Assembly (NCBI GenBank): GCA_024626585.2 | Contig: JANKJI020000002.1 | Coordinates: 92,747,469-92,808,964 of the forward strand | Source: Ginkgo biloba | Lineage: Eukaryota; Plantae; Ginkgophyta | Direction: 5' to 3' | DNA length: 61,496 bases | Shown: piece after piece, positions 41,101 to 53,449 of the stretch | Numbering within the stretch: position 1 is the stretch's first letter | Layout of the letters: the number at the start of each line of letters is the position of its first letter | Translations under genes and position numbers: made by a program | Notes under the pieces: generated by a model | The model's input: the letters and a program-made list of their open reading frames with translations, nothing else | Database searches by the model: none | What the model was told of the DNA's origin: nothing

Positions 41101-42421
41101 ATTTTATTAATATGTAGCCACATAAGGAAACCAAATATAAGTTTATGCTCCTTCAATAGNNNNNNNNNNNNNNNNNNNNGGATTGGCTCCCTTAAAATCA
41201 AGAGTTTGATTATCTTGTTCTAGGATAGCTTTATGGTTATAATTCACTTTTGGTTAAAATATATTATATTGCTTAAATTTTAAAGTATGGCATGCCAATC
41301 ATTAAAGAACTAAACCAAATTAATCTCACACTCCATCCAAGCTCTCGAGGGGGTTACTTGTTTAAAGAATTTTGTCTCCTTTTTATTTATGAGTTTCTCT
41401 TATATTAATTTAAATAATTTCTTTTATTTAATTAGTGCATAGAATAAGAGTTTGAAACTTTGATTGATTGTCTATAGAGTTTAGGTTTTCTTTGGATAAT
41501 ATGTTTGGCACTTTATACTATTTTTTTTTATAGNNNNNNNNNNNNNNNNNNNNNNNNNNNNNNNNNNNNNNNNNNNNNNNNNNNNNNNNNNNNNNNNNNT
41601 AGGTTTCTACATTCTAGCGTGGACTTTTTAGATACATGTTAGCTTCTCCTCCTTATGTAGGTTCCCAACAGTGTGGGGACTACTATGGAAGCCATAATTT
41701 TTTCCCAGTAGGATCACTTTGAAATAATTTAATGATTAATTAGCTCATCTGGAGTCATATTATTAAATATACAAAAGGGTCTTAATTCTGAGGGAGGGTT
41801 GTTCTTGGGTGTNNNNNNNNNNNNNNNNNNNNNNNNNNNNNNNNNNNNNNNNNNNNNNNNNNNNNNNNNNNNNNNNNNNNNNNNNNNNNNNNNNNNNNNN
41901 NNNNNNNNNNNNACAAACATAGCTTGATATAGACTATCTAGGAAACCACTAAAGAAGATTATTATAAAATTTTACCTTTTTATAATATAAATACCACTTT
42001 CGATTGAAAAAAAATAAAATTAATTTCATAAAATGCATGTTCTTATAACCATAAAATTATATCTAAGGAAGAATATGAGGAAATATTTGTTTATTTATCA
42101 AAAGGGATATTCCATAAAAAAATATCTCTTAAGATCTATCATAATTGGTTCCACTATATTAGAAAAGAAGATGAGAGAAAGTCTAAATCGAATATGTTTG
42201 AAAGCACCCTCTAAGCATAAGTATCCAAATGGTATGATAACCATCATCAAGGTAAAATGAATGAATAAATGGAAGGTGATACATTATTCATAAAAGGAGG
42301 TATTAGATATGAGGAAAGATTTAAGGGTTTGTAGTATGATATAAAATATTGTCCAATGAAAGTTGAAAATGTATGGACAAAATATCATCTACTAGTTAAT
42401 GGTGGTAGATAGAAAATTAAG

Positions 42422-42459
42422 GATTATATCCCAAGAATAAGATTATATCCCAAGAATAA
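42422..42459. repeat. Perfect 19-bp tandem duplication
   Basis: gattatatcccaagaataa twice. Confidence 0.95.
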
Positions 42460-42479
42460 TTGTGTATAGCACACATAAA

Positions 42480-43340
42480 AATTCAAATCATATCTTGAAA
42501 GAGAGTTTGAGATAATCAACTAGTATTAGCTGAGAAAAAGGTGTATTAACATCTTTTTGGTGGTACACATGAATAGTAATCCACTATTTTGATCACAAAA
42601 AATAAGAATATAAATCTTGTATATTCAAACACACTGAATGAAATGACATGCAATATTCCCAAAATTGAAGAGGAGCATGATCTATAAGAAATTCTAGTTC
42701 CACCTTACTATAGTGTTAAAAAAATAATAGATAGAATAATTAAGTTCAGAATAATATGACCAAGATATTTATAGTCAATAAAATATATAACCAAGGGGGG
42801 CTATGAAAGGTATAATCTAAAAATAAAATAAAAAAATAATAGGTCTAATGGTTTCTTAAACAAATGATAACAAATAAATTGTATCAGTGAATTTATTTAA
42901 GTCATTTAAAAGAAGAATTATTCTCCATATATTGGGGGATAAAGAGAAGTTTGATATGACTATATATAGACTTGTGGAAGGGATTAGAAATAAGGTAAAA
43001 GACCTTAGGGATGAAAATATACATATTGACAAGATGTAAATGGAAACTACAAATCTCTCACATACAAATATGAAAGATCTAAATATTAGAGCATAAAAAA
43101 ATTGTTAATGAGAATCTTGATTTGTGTAAATAAATCAATTAATTGAAGTAGGATGCTAAAATTTTTAAAGGATGGAATTCATTAAATATTTTATATTGTG
43201 AAAGAAAATATGTAAGAAAAAGAGAAGTGGACATGGTGTTTAGAGAATGAAACAAGGGTAGAGGCCAAAAAGTCCAAAATTATAAAAATCAAAGTTATGT
43301 TAATGAAGATGGGATCATGCTCAAATAATTGTAGTGTAGA
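42480..43340 (+). mobile_element. Endogenous pararetrovirus (Caulimoviridae)-like capsid protein remnant
   Basis: Degraded, frameshifted FLKQM..NCISEFI..FKR..Y..FDMTIYRLVEGIRNKV; KIVNENLDLCK*IN*LK; then a Lys-rich linker and a decayed CX2CX4HX4C-like knuckle (aaagttatgttaatgaagatgggatcatgctcaaataattgt, 43290-43332). Same motif order as caulimovirid capsid proteins. Confidence 0.55.
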
Positions 43341-43723
43341 TAATGTAGTGATCATGTTAAGTATAAGATGGAAAAGTGTGCAATGAATTAATGTAATCGA
43401 TCAATGAATTCAATAACTTTATTAAAGAATAATACTTTTACAAAAGGGATTGAAGGAATGGCTTCATTGTACCATTAAATTCTAGAATTTTCATATTTCT
43501 AAATTGTCATACATTCTATAGTAGTTTCCAATCCCACTTTGACCTCTTGTTTCGAGGTTCCTTTTCATATTCCTCCTTAGATTATTGATCTTGTTCCAAA
43601 GGGGATGTTTCTTCTTCCTACTCNNNNNNNNNNNNNNNNNNNNNNNNNNNNNNNNNNNNNNNNNNNNNNNNNNNNNNNNNNNNNNNNNNNNNNNNNNNNN
43701 NNNNNNNNNNNNNNNNNNNNNNN

Positions 43724-43744
43724 CATACATATATATATACATAC

Positions 43745-43775
<31 letters not shown>
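43724..43775. repeat. (TA)n microsatellite
   Basis: Directly visible, next to a gap. Confidence 0.9.
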
Positions 43776-43776
<1 letters not shown>

Positions 43777-44099
43777 TCTATTTACATATAATATGCAAAG
43801 TTTTATGCATCTAGATATTTTCACACCTGTTTCCTATATTTAAATAAGTTCTTATTCATATTTAATAATTAATATATCAGAAATGGCATACTTAATATTA
43901 GATTCATATTGTTTCACGATGTTTTACTAATATTAGGTGTACATTTTTCATATGTAGATAGAGACTTTACCTTTAGAGACATAATTTAATGCAAGTTTTT
44001 AATTGTAAAGACATTAATTATAAATACACAAATATTTATAACCCAAACATTCAAACATTTCCAAGTGATATAGTTACATAAATATGACAATAAAAATAA

Positions 44100-44750
44100 A
44101 CATATAATTAAATAATATGGATACATCTATAGGTAAGACCAGAGTTCAATTTAGGCCTAATTAAAGGGAAAGGAAGACAAGTATGGTATAAGAGGAATAA
44201 TATCTATAAACCACAATAGAGGGAACAAAATTTCAATAAACAAATTGAATTATGATATAAGAGTTCAATTCTAAGAAGGTCCATAATTTTGGGAAATATT
44301 ATAAACCAAATTCATGTCAAATAGATATTACAAGACCTAACAATAATCATGGATAGGAGTAATTTTATATATGAATGTAGAGAGGATATGTAATCAAGTG
44401 TCTTTTCACGAGTGAATTATATATAGAGTGGGATTATTTTGTATGCACGACATGTATATGTATTGTTATAACCATTACATATCCATAATTCCTTTATGAG
44501 TGATAGTAATTAGATAGTTTTGATTCTGGTCAAACACATCAAAGTATTAATAACATCTCTAACTAATTATGAATATGAAGTAAAACTATGGGACCGTATC
44601 TTAGCTATTGAATAATTGACATTATTTGTTCATAAAAAAATGCATATTTGATAAATACTAAATCTATAAGTAAGTTTAATATATGAGATTTCATAAAATT
44701 TGTGCTCTACGTAAGTAAATTAAATGTTTCAAAGTCAGTGTAAATTCTAA
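44100..44750 (+). mobile_element. Caulimovirid 30K-type movement protein-like remnant
   Basis: IVITITYP*F/FMSDSN*IVLILVKHIKVLITSLTNYEYEVKLWDRILAIE*LTLFV..NAYL resembles the YPxFxxSxxD...GDxxxxIxY...N core. Confidence 0.35.
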
Positions 44751-46685
44751 GCAATCCCTTGTGAGTAAGAAATTTATGCTAAAAATAGTTGAAAACTAAA
44801 GGTACAATAATGACACGTCAATCACATATATGTAATTTATGATATGAGAAAGAAATCTATGAAATATAATATATAATAAGATTGGAAGATGATGATATCA
44901 AAATCTTGTGTATAAATATTATATTGTATTTAATTAAATATATATGTTGGTCTTAATCTCAATCAATATTAATATACAAAAACTAAAATGATTAATAGTC
45001 CATAATTAATCTTCTTAGGCATATGAAATTTTAGACATATTAATTCCTATCGACTTAAAAAATAGTTCTCCCATTACATAAAGATACAAATACGAACCGT
45101 GTTGATTTTGGAGGAGGTCAATTCTTTGCCATGGTGATAAGAAAATATAAGTAAACTAGTGGATGGGATAAAGAAATAGTCAAAGGAGAAATATAAATGT
45201 TCAAGGATAATAATCTTTTGCGATTTGTATTACATATCCCAATCAAAATAAAGAGATAATGATCATTTCTTTTATGTTTTTCCCATTTTTTTAGACATGA
45301 TATTAATTTCTCTTAAGTGATGAAAATCAAAGTTACATACCACATAATGCAATCATTCACAGATAAGATTGCATTTCTACTTAAGAACATAATAGGATAA
45401 CTTAGGAATATTTAATTACAAAGGAAAATGGAGATATTTTTGTAGTACAAGTGGAGGAATAAGGTCCTCAATATCTTCTCCTATGATTTCTATAAGATTT
45501 GTTTCCTTATTGGAATCCTTTATTATTTTATTTTTCCCTAACAATAAGGGATTGCTTTTAAAATTTTGACGTAAGGATAATTAAATATGACTAACTGAAA
45601 TATAATCCTTAGGTTTTGTCCCTTGGTTGCAATAAAGAAAGAGGAGTGTGAAATAGGATATGTAAAAACATTTCCATGAAGGCTTTATCATTCCTTCACA
45701 TAATTTCTTCATATCCTTGCACATCTCATTCATGAATTCATCTATATTTTTTACGTCTTAAATTATTCTCTTAATTAATATGATTTAGTTATTGTAATTT
45801 GAATAGAATACAAAGAAATGAACTCTCTTCCATGCATAAATAAAAATAATCTTCTAAAGAAGTTTTCCAAATAAACTAAAGAAATAAGATAAAGATGCCA
45901 ATTTGTAAGTGATAAACAATCTCATTTTTTTTTTTGAGATTATATAGTTTGTTATACAAATAAATTAAAAAAGAAATGAGTCTCAAAGAATTTTTAAGAA
46001 TATTGAATGAGATATTATCAAATTCCTTCTTATTGACCCATCAATATTTAATGTAAACCCTATAGTTACATTGAAATACAAAGAGCCTTAATGATGAATA
46101 TGAAAAAATTGGACAAATAGAACCCCAAAAAGTGTCATATGGTTAGAAAAACAAAAATTAATATCTTATAATAAAATAGAAATAATTCTAATGTTATAGA
46201 ACTAAATATCAAAAGAAACCATTGAGAAGATATTTTATATGGGCTTCAAAGGGAGAAAAATCAAGGGTAAATTATTCCTTGTAGATAAATTTATGGATCA
46301 TGTCTTGAAATTAAGAAACCTAAAAATAACACTTCAAGAAAGAGAGACAAATAAAGTAATTTTTTTACACAAGAAAAAATGTTCAAGGAATCTTAAAGGA
46401 AGAAAAATACTATGAATCTCATTGATTAAAATGTAATGGAACCAACAACCCACATTTTAGGTTGTGCCTGATCATTTTTATAGAGAAATATAGGCTAACA
46501 ATAATTAACTAAAATTAGGAGAATGACATGCTAGCCTTGTAACTCCTTTACTATCAAGGAATAAGGCTAAGCATGCTAATCAATTATAATAGAAAACAAT
46601 GATAGCCGAAGATTATCTTTACATTTAAAATCTTAACTAACTAATTATTAATGTGATTTGGTCTTAGTTTTTTTTTTGTTTTAAA

Positions 46686-46715
46686 ATATATATATATATA
46701 TATAAATATATATAT
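46686..46715. repeat. (TA)n microsatellite
   Basis: Directly visible, next to a gap. Confidence 0.9.
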
Positions 46716-46729
46716 NNNNNNNNNNNNGG

Positions 46730-48075
46730 AAGGATTACATCATAAAATAAAATTCAGGCAGCATATAGACATGCTCGCTCCTGCATGGAAGGCCATCATT
46801 AAAACAAGTGCAATGCATTGTGACGAAATCCAATCATTATTGGGCAATGTTCATCAATACAAATCTAAAGGAAATAAGAAAATCAAATGATTGATTCCAT
46901 GCCACGACCATCACCCCACCCATATCCATCTCCCCAATCGTTATTCTATGAAGGTATGCAAGGAAAAATGGCAAGATAGAGAGTGGGGATTGCTTCCCAC
47001 TAACCCCCAGTTTTTCCCTTAGATTAGGGTGGTCAAGGGGAGTTCAACATGCCAGTTGGCTAGGAGTGAACACTATGGGTCCTAATATTATATGAGCCTC
47101 AATTCCTTCTATGGATGCGGTCCCTACATCAGGGATGGGATGGATTAGGGGGAACTCGAATAGTGGTACATGGATTTGATCGCTAGTGGTCAATTAACTT
47201 GAGAAGATGCTACAACACTAGTTACACCTTTTCCGGTTGGAATTTGATTACACATCATAGTTGTTAAGGATACAAGAGATAATAGCATTAGAAACATACT
47301 TGATTGGATTAATGCTAAAAATAGCCTCATTTCTAACCTTCCAAGTGTGGGCTAAGACCTCCACCCAAAAAACTTTCCATAATACTCTAAAGGTAAGAGA
47401 CCATAGGGATGTATCACCCAGGAGGGAAGACCACCACCTAAAATATTTAACAAATATTCTAGTAGTGAAGTTGTGTTCCTAGTCTCATAAAGACTTGTCC
47501 CATGGAAAATACCAGAAGAGGTGCTTGATTAAATTAGGTTGGCCATATAATGGGAAATTGATAGTCCCACATCCCATATATGAAAGAAATTATTTTATGG
47601 CTAGCCAATGGTGCAACACAGACTAGGCCAACAAGAATTTTTTGGGTTCTAGTGGGGCTTTCTACAGATGCTCAAACTGTGTGCTCTAGGCATAGGCCAA
47701 GCTATTGATTTTCCACCTTTTATTTAACTATTTGACGGATGAGTCTTTAGGTTCCATGCATTGGTAAATATGTTTGGCTTATTCTTTTAGGAGAACTTTG
47801 GAAAACTTCCAAGCCCAGTCTTTCCACCATTGAAGAGGTGGGCCAGATAGCATTCTTAACTCAAAGTGATTAGGGAACAATGTAAAAGATATTTCAATTA
47901 CATATTTATCACTTCATGTGAGACTAAATTCCTCTAAAATAGTGTTCTATGACTTTTATTTTTCTTGCTTAAAATTCATATAGATGCTTGACACTCTAAA
48001 TTGATTTCTTATCAAACCTCTTACCGACAAAACCATGGAGAGTCTCCTCGACATGCCCCCTCTTATTGAATGAGA
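46730..48075 (-). mobile_element. Possible LINE 3' remnant
   Basis: Higher GC than flanks; weak WxxRNxxIF-like trace at about 47910-47885. Confidence 0.3.
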
Positions 48076-50799
48076 NNNNNNNNNNNNNNNNNNNNNNNNN
48101 NNNNNNNNNNNNNNNNNNNNNNNNNNNNNNNNNNNNNNNNNNNNNNNNNNNNNNNNNNNNNNNNNNNNNNNNNNNAAGCCAACCATATTGTATTTGTGAT
48201 AGGAAAATCAACATTCTTCTAGTTTTAAACAAATTTATATAGCATAAGATTTAAATAAATTATAGATCCTAACGTATGTGAACAAATACAAATATCTCTA
48301 ATCATTACGTAAAACAAGGATAATTCTAAGGACAATCTAAGAACCACCAATAACAACCAAGATAAGAAAGTGTATAGAAATCAAACTAACAAAGTGAGAA
48401 CTTGAGAAATGGACAAAGGGTAGATCTTGAGCCTTTCTAATAGATTATTTTACTTTTGGAAACATGCTTACAAAAATATGATGAAGGTTTAATATAATTT
48501 CAAAATCATCTATAAATTTGTGTGTAAAAATTCTCCTTTAATAAATGAGAGTTTAGTCAAATCATAGTCAATTCATATCATGGTTTAGATTAAGGGTTGA
48601 ATAACATGGTATGGATGAGGTCAGGTTAGTATTGAATGGCATTCCCACTTCTATAAGGATAATTTATTTAGCTCAAGCAGCTGTATTTTGTTTCCTTAGC
48701 TTATATTTTCTCTCTTTAGCCTAAAATTATTCAATCTCATACAATTCTACTAAATAAGTCTGATTATGTGCAACATGAATGATGCACATAATTTTATTCA
48801 ATATACCTTTAATTACTAATATTATCATCTTATATTTGTAATAGTATGGTAAATACGATGGTATGTGACTCTATTATGTTCCATAATCACTCAGGATAAA
48901 CTATTGAGTCTTGTGTTAGCACTTACTGTGTAGTAGGGATAACATTCATTAACGATCCTTTTAGATGACTCAAGCTAAAATTAAGTATCAGTAATTAGGG
49001 CCTTAAATTTTATATACTTGTAGTCATCTACACCTTGAATAGAATATCATTATATTTTCCTAGATTGTTAATAGAGTGTAATTATTCTTCCTCGCTACCA
49101 TTAATTGATAAAATCCATTCATAGTGGGATTTAGGAAAACTATATTTAATTTCCAATTATGTCATTCAATTTAAATTGCCTCTACGTATTGTCTTTCCTA
49201 AGTTTTTAATTGTATGCAACATATATTATTAAAGTCAATTCCAACCAAATTGTAAAAATGGATAATGATTCCCAACAAGAGGATATGGAAGAAACTCATA
49301 TAAATGGTACCCAAAATGATGAAAATATGCCTCAATATTTGCAAAACCATAAGAAAATTATTAAGATATTGAATGAAAACAAGAGTGACATTGCTAAATG
49401 GTGGGAACAAATTTGGGATATATTCATTAAAGTTTTTTATTAAATTGATGAATGTTTACTATAGAAGTAGAAAAAAATCCAATCATATAAAGAGGATAAG
49501 GATTCTTAAATACCTATCAGTAGTCTTACTCTAAAACTCTAAAGATACTAACAAATATAGTAATAAAACATACAAATGCAATGATCCTTAAATTAATAGG
49601 AAGCTAAGAGTGTAAGAAAAAAATGATGGTAATAAGGGAATTATTTAGGGAAAATAAGATGACCTACTAATATCCCCATAAGTAGATGACTATGAAATAA
49701 TCAACCCAATCATAACAATATGAAACATAGAACTAGACATGGTTCTATAGTTAATTCGTGTAGAACTATCATCATCAAACCTATATTAGAAAATAATTAG
49801 GACACATTGCAAGTTATCACCAAAAAATGAAATCTAATATGAATGATTAATCGAACATGATATCATCATTATTTATGATAATATTTATAACATGGGAGTA
49901 GAAATCAATGCAGTAGGATCATTATGGTAGAAATAATGTAACAAATGGTATAGATAATAATTATAGATGTCTAAACCATATATAGATTTTTTATAGACTA
50001 TTAATACTATATAGAATGATAGTATTATATCAACAGTCTATATAGACTATATAAATAATCCTTGTGGTCTACCATGTCACTTATTCCATAATGATATTAC
50101 TACCTCTATTCATTATTCTTTCCACATATCAAATATTATTTTAAATGATGTCAATTCCATCTAGATTGATCATACATTATGGAATTTGTCTTCTAGTGAT
50201 GTACTCTTTGTGTGACAATTATTATTCTAAGATCTTATTAGACATAATTATATTAAATATCCTCATTTAAGAAACTTGAATAATGGTTTTAGATTTTTAG
50301 GAGAAGATGACATATTAGATGAGCATTTTTGGACATAATCCCTATCCCCCACCTATGAAAAATAATTAAGTGACCTATAATACACCTCTTATTGTTACAC
50401 ATAAAAAAAGGATAATTCAAGAGTGGCTTAAACCATATCATTATCAATTTGGTATTTGTATTGGTATGGGGTAGGTATCTAATCATCATAAAATGATATA
50501 CTATCAATTACTTCTATATTTTTATGGATTTTTTATTCTTATCATTTTTTTAATAACTTTGGTGTATAATTTAAAATTTATCTAGTAATGCAAAATGTCT
50601 ATGGTACAAGGGTGCCAATGTCAAGGGAATTAGTATTGATATAGCTTAATACAATCCACTATACCATTTTTTGGTAGTTATTTGTCAGTAAGATGGCATA
50701 GATGAATATAACTATTATCATTTAAGTGTTAAATAATATATGGACTAAGTAATCACATATTAAACTTTCCTCACTTGGTGTGATACCTATTAGGATATA

Positions 50800-51200
50800 T
50801 TAACACTTTATTATATTTGTGAAATATAGGGGATTTGATGTTTTAAATATTCCATACATTTTATCATTTCTTTGCAACTTATAATACCCATAAGGTGAGG
50901 AAATGTTACTCTTCCTAGAATAATAGTTATTTTAATATCTGGGTAATTAATTATTATTCTCTTAGGTAGAACAAAAGGTAATATATATGCCTCCAATTCA
51001 AGTGGATTACTGGCTTTGAACCCATATAATAATCCATTTTTGGATCTAAAATTAATTTTTGACAATTTTAATAAAAAGGCAACTTGAGATGAATTTTAAG
51101 AAACATTTAAGAAGAATTTAGCAAAAGGTCCACAAGGGGAAAGTTGTATCATTTCCTATAAGATTTAAAATGATCCTAAGATCTTAAGAATGGAGTTGTG
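50800..51200 (-). pseudogene. Retropepsin-like remnant (LTR element or caulimovirid)
   Basis: LKFISSCL and ...YPDIKITIILGR resemble NFISxxL...DIILGR; catalytic motif destroyed. Confidence 0.3.
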
Positions 51201-51416
51201 GATCAATAGTTATGATGAGATCTAGGAGTTCTTAGAAAACTACTAAAATTGTTTATTTTTCTATAACTAAAAAATATTTTGAATCCAACTTCCAAGCATG
51301 ATAGATGCTTCTAAAACCATCACCATCATCCTATAATGGGGGTAATCCTTAACTTTTAAAGTTTAAAATTTCAAGCCTTTAAAGTTTAAAGTAGTTGATA
51401 AACATTAAAAGTTAGT

Positions 51417-52645
51417 GTATTTCCAACACTTAGTTAAATTTTGGGTTCGTCAGTGTCGATGTTAGTGAAGATCGTTAGTGTCGCTCGTCAGTTTCACTCA
51501 TCAATTTCAATCATTGATTTTTCTTGTTAGTTTTTTTCATCAATGATTAATAGACCAAAAACCAAGAAGGTAAAGAAGATAAAAAATGACAATCGATTAG
51601 GTAAAAATAAAAAAAATAACAGACTAACAACATAGAAGAAAATTGAAAATCAACTTGGAAAAATTGATAAAATACAAACCGACAGAGGAACTTTGACAAA
51701 GACTATTTGACAATCTAATGTAAATCAAAGAAAAAGAGTAAATATTCAGTTACATGATAGTTCACCTACCCAAGTGATTGTAAAAGGTGAAGATGGGATA
51801 GAATAAAAGAAGAGACAAAAAAAAGACTCAAACTAAGAGCAATAGAGAGAACATAGTCATAGAGAAGGAAGTTGTAACCTATGTGCATATAGTAGGAGAA
51901 GAATAACCAACAGTGTGTGAGAGAGTGTTTAGAGATAGAAAAGATCAACACCATGATTGGAATGTGTCATTATTGTGAAAATATCTAAAGTTACATATCA
52001 TGAATAAATCCATATACAATTGCTTGTAATTTCTTGTTGCAAAATAATTTCGAATGTAATTATAGAGTTTTATTCCCCATGAGGGTTTCTCTAATTCAAA
52101 ACCTTTTATCTTTGTAAATATTTGTGTGTGTTTCCAATTTCTTTTACTCTTGAATTTTCTAGATTGAAGTATGAAGGGATTGCATACATATTGAAACATA
52201 TAATTTTCATTATTTTATTGAAATAACTTAAAAACAAAAATCCATGGTTATTTGCATTGGGATATTTTGACTTACCCACTGAAATATAGATAAAATTAGT
52301 ATTAAATATTTTTGAATCGGAGTCTATGTTGAATGGTAAAAATCAAAAGTGGTTATTCTTCAAGTGGAGAACCATTGCTACCAAGTTTGAAAATTTATAG
52401 TGCACCAAGAGTTTGAAGAGAAACGGAAAAGGAAGATACCATTGAGAAGAGATTTAATAATTTGGAAGTTTGCATGGACACTATCCTACAGATGTTAAAA
52501 AAGTTAAAGCATATAAAGGATAAAAAGGAGACTAAATCTAAACCAGATACTCCGAAGAGAGACCAAGGAGAGCATAAAAACTCCAAGAATCCATTCAAGG
52601 TTAAGGCAAAAGCGAAGATTCAACCTTATGATGGACAAATGGACT
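51417..52645 (+). mobile_element. LTR plus gag start of a Ty3/gypsy element, interrupted at 52646
   Basis: LTR motif at 52064-52091; gag-like KNPFKVKAKAKIQPYDGQMD. Confidence 0.6.
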
Positions 52646-53449
52646 TGTGGTTGCTTCGCAGTAATCATCCATAAATAATCAAACTAGGATTTTGTTAACC
52701 TACGACAATGAAGGAGGCAAGAAACCTACTCGACTTATTTTTTAAGAAGATAAGAATTTCTAATCTACAAAGATCATGCGCTATAAATTTGGAAAGATAA
52801 AGTATAGGATTACTTGGGAAAAAATGAAATAGAAACAAAATTGCTAACTCTGTTATTCAACCACTATGAATCTATGTAGTCAAGAATTAAAATTGTAACT
52901 AATTATTAAATGCTAATGAAAATTCCTATCTTTAGTTATTATCATCAATAGGGGCCCTTCTGTAAATACTAACAACTATTGCAATGGTCTTGAATCACCA
53001 AAATTGTTCGATCTTCATATTATATTCATAAAATATTTATACATCTTGTTATCATGTCAGTTTCACTATTCATAACTAACTGAAATAGTTAAAGTTAAAT
53101 TATAACTACAAACATACATATATCAGTCTTTCTAGTCACATACTGACTTGGAAATACACTACATTCCAATTACAATTACTAGTCACCAAGTGACTGGTAG
53201 ATATATTCAAACTTGGTCACTAACACAGTGTATCTTACATGCACTATAAGGAAAATAAAATCAAAAGGGTAAAATAGGAATGTCATTAAGATGCGTAGGA
53301 GATAGGTTTGATCTTGAAGTCATACTCCTTTTGTCAGCAACCTTCAACGCCATAGTCGTAAAATTATCATAAGAAAAATAATTGATGATCATTCCCCCCC
53401 TACTTACCTTATGTTGTCCTCAACAAAATAGGCCACTTCTGACTAGAAT

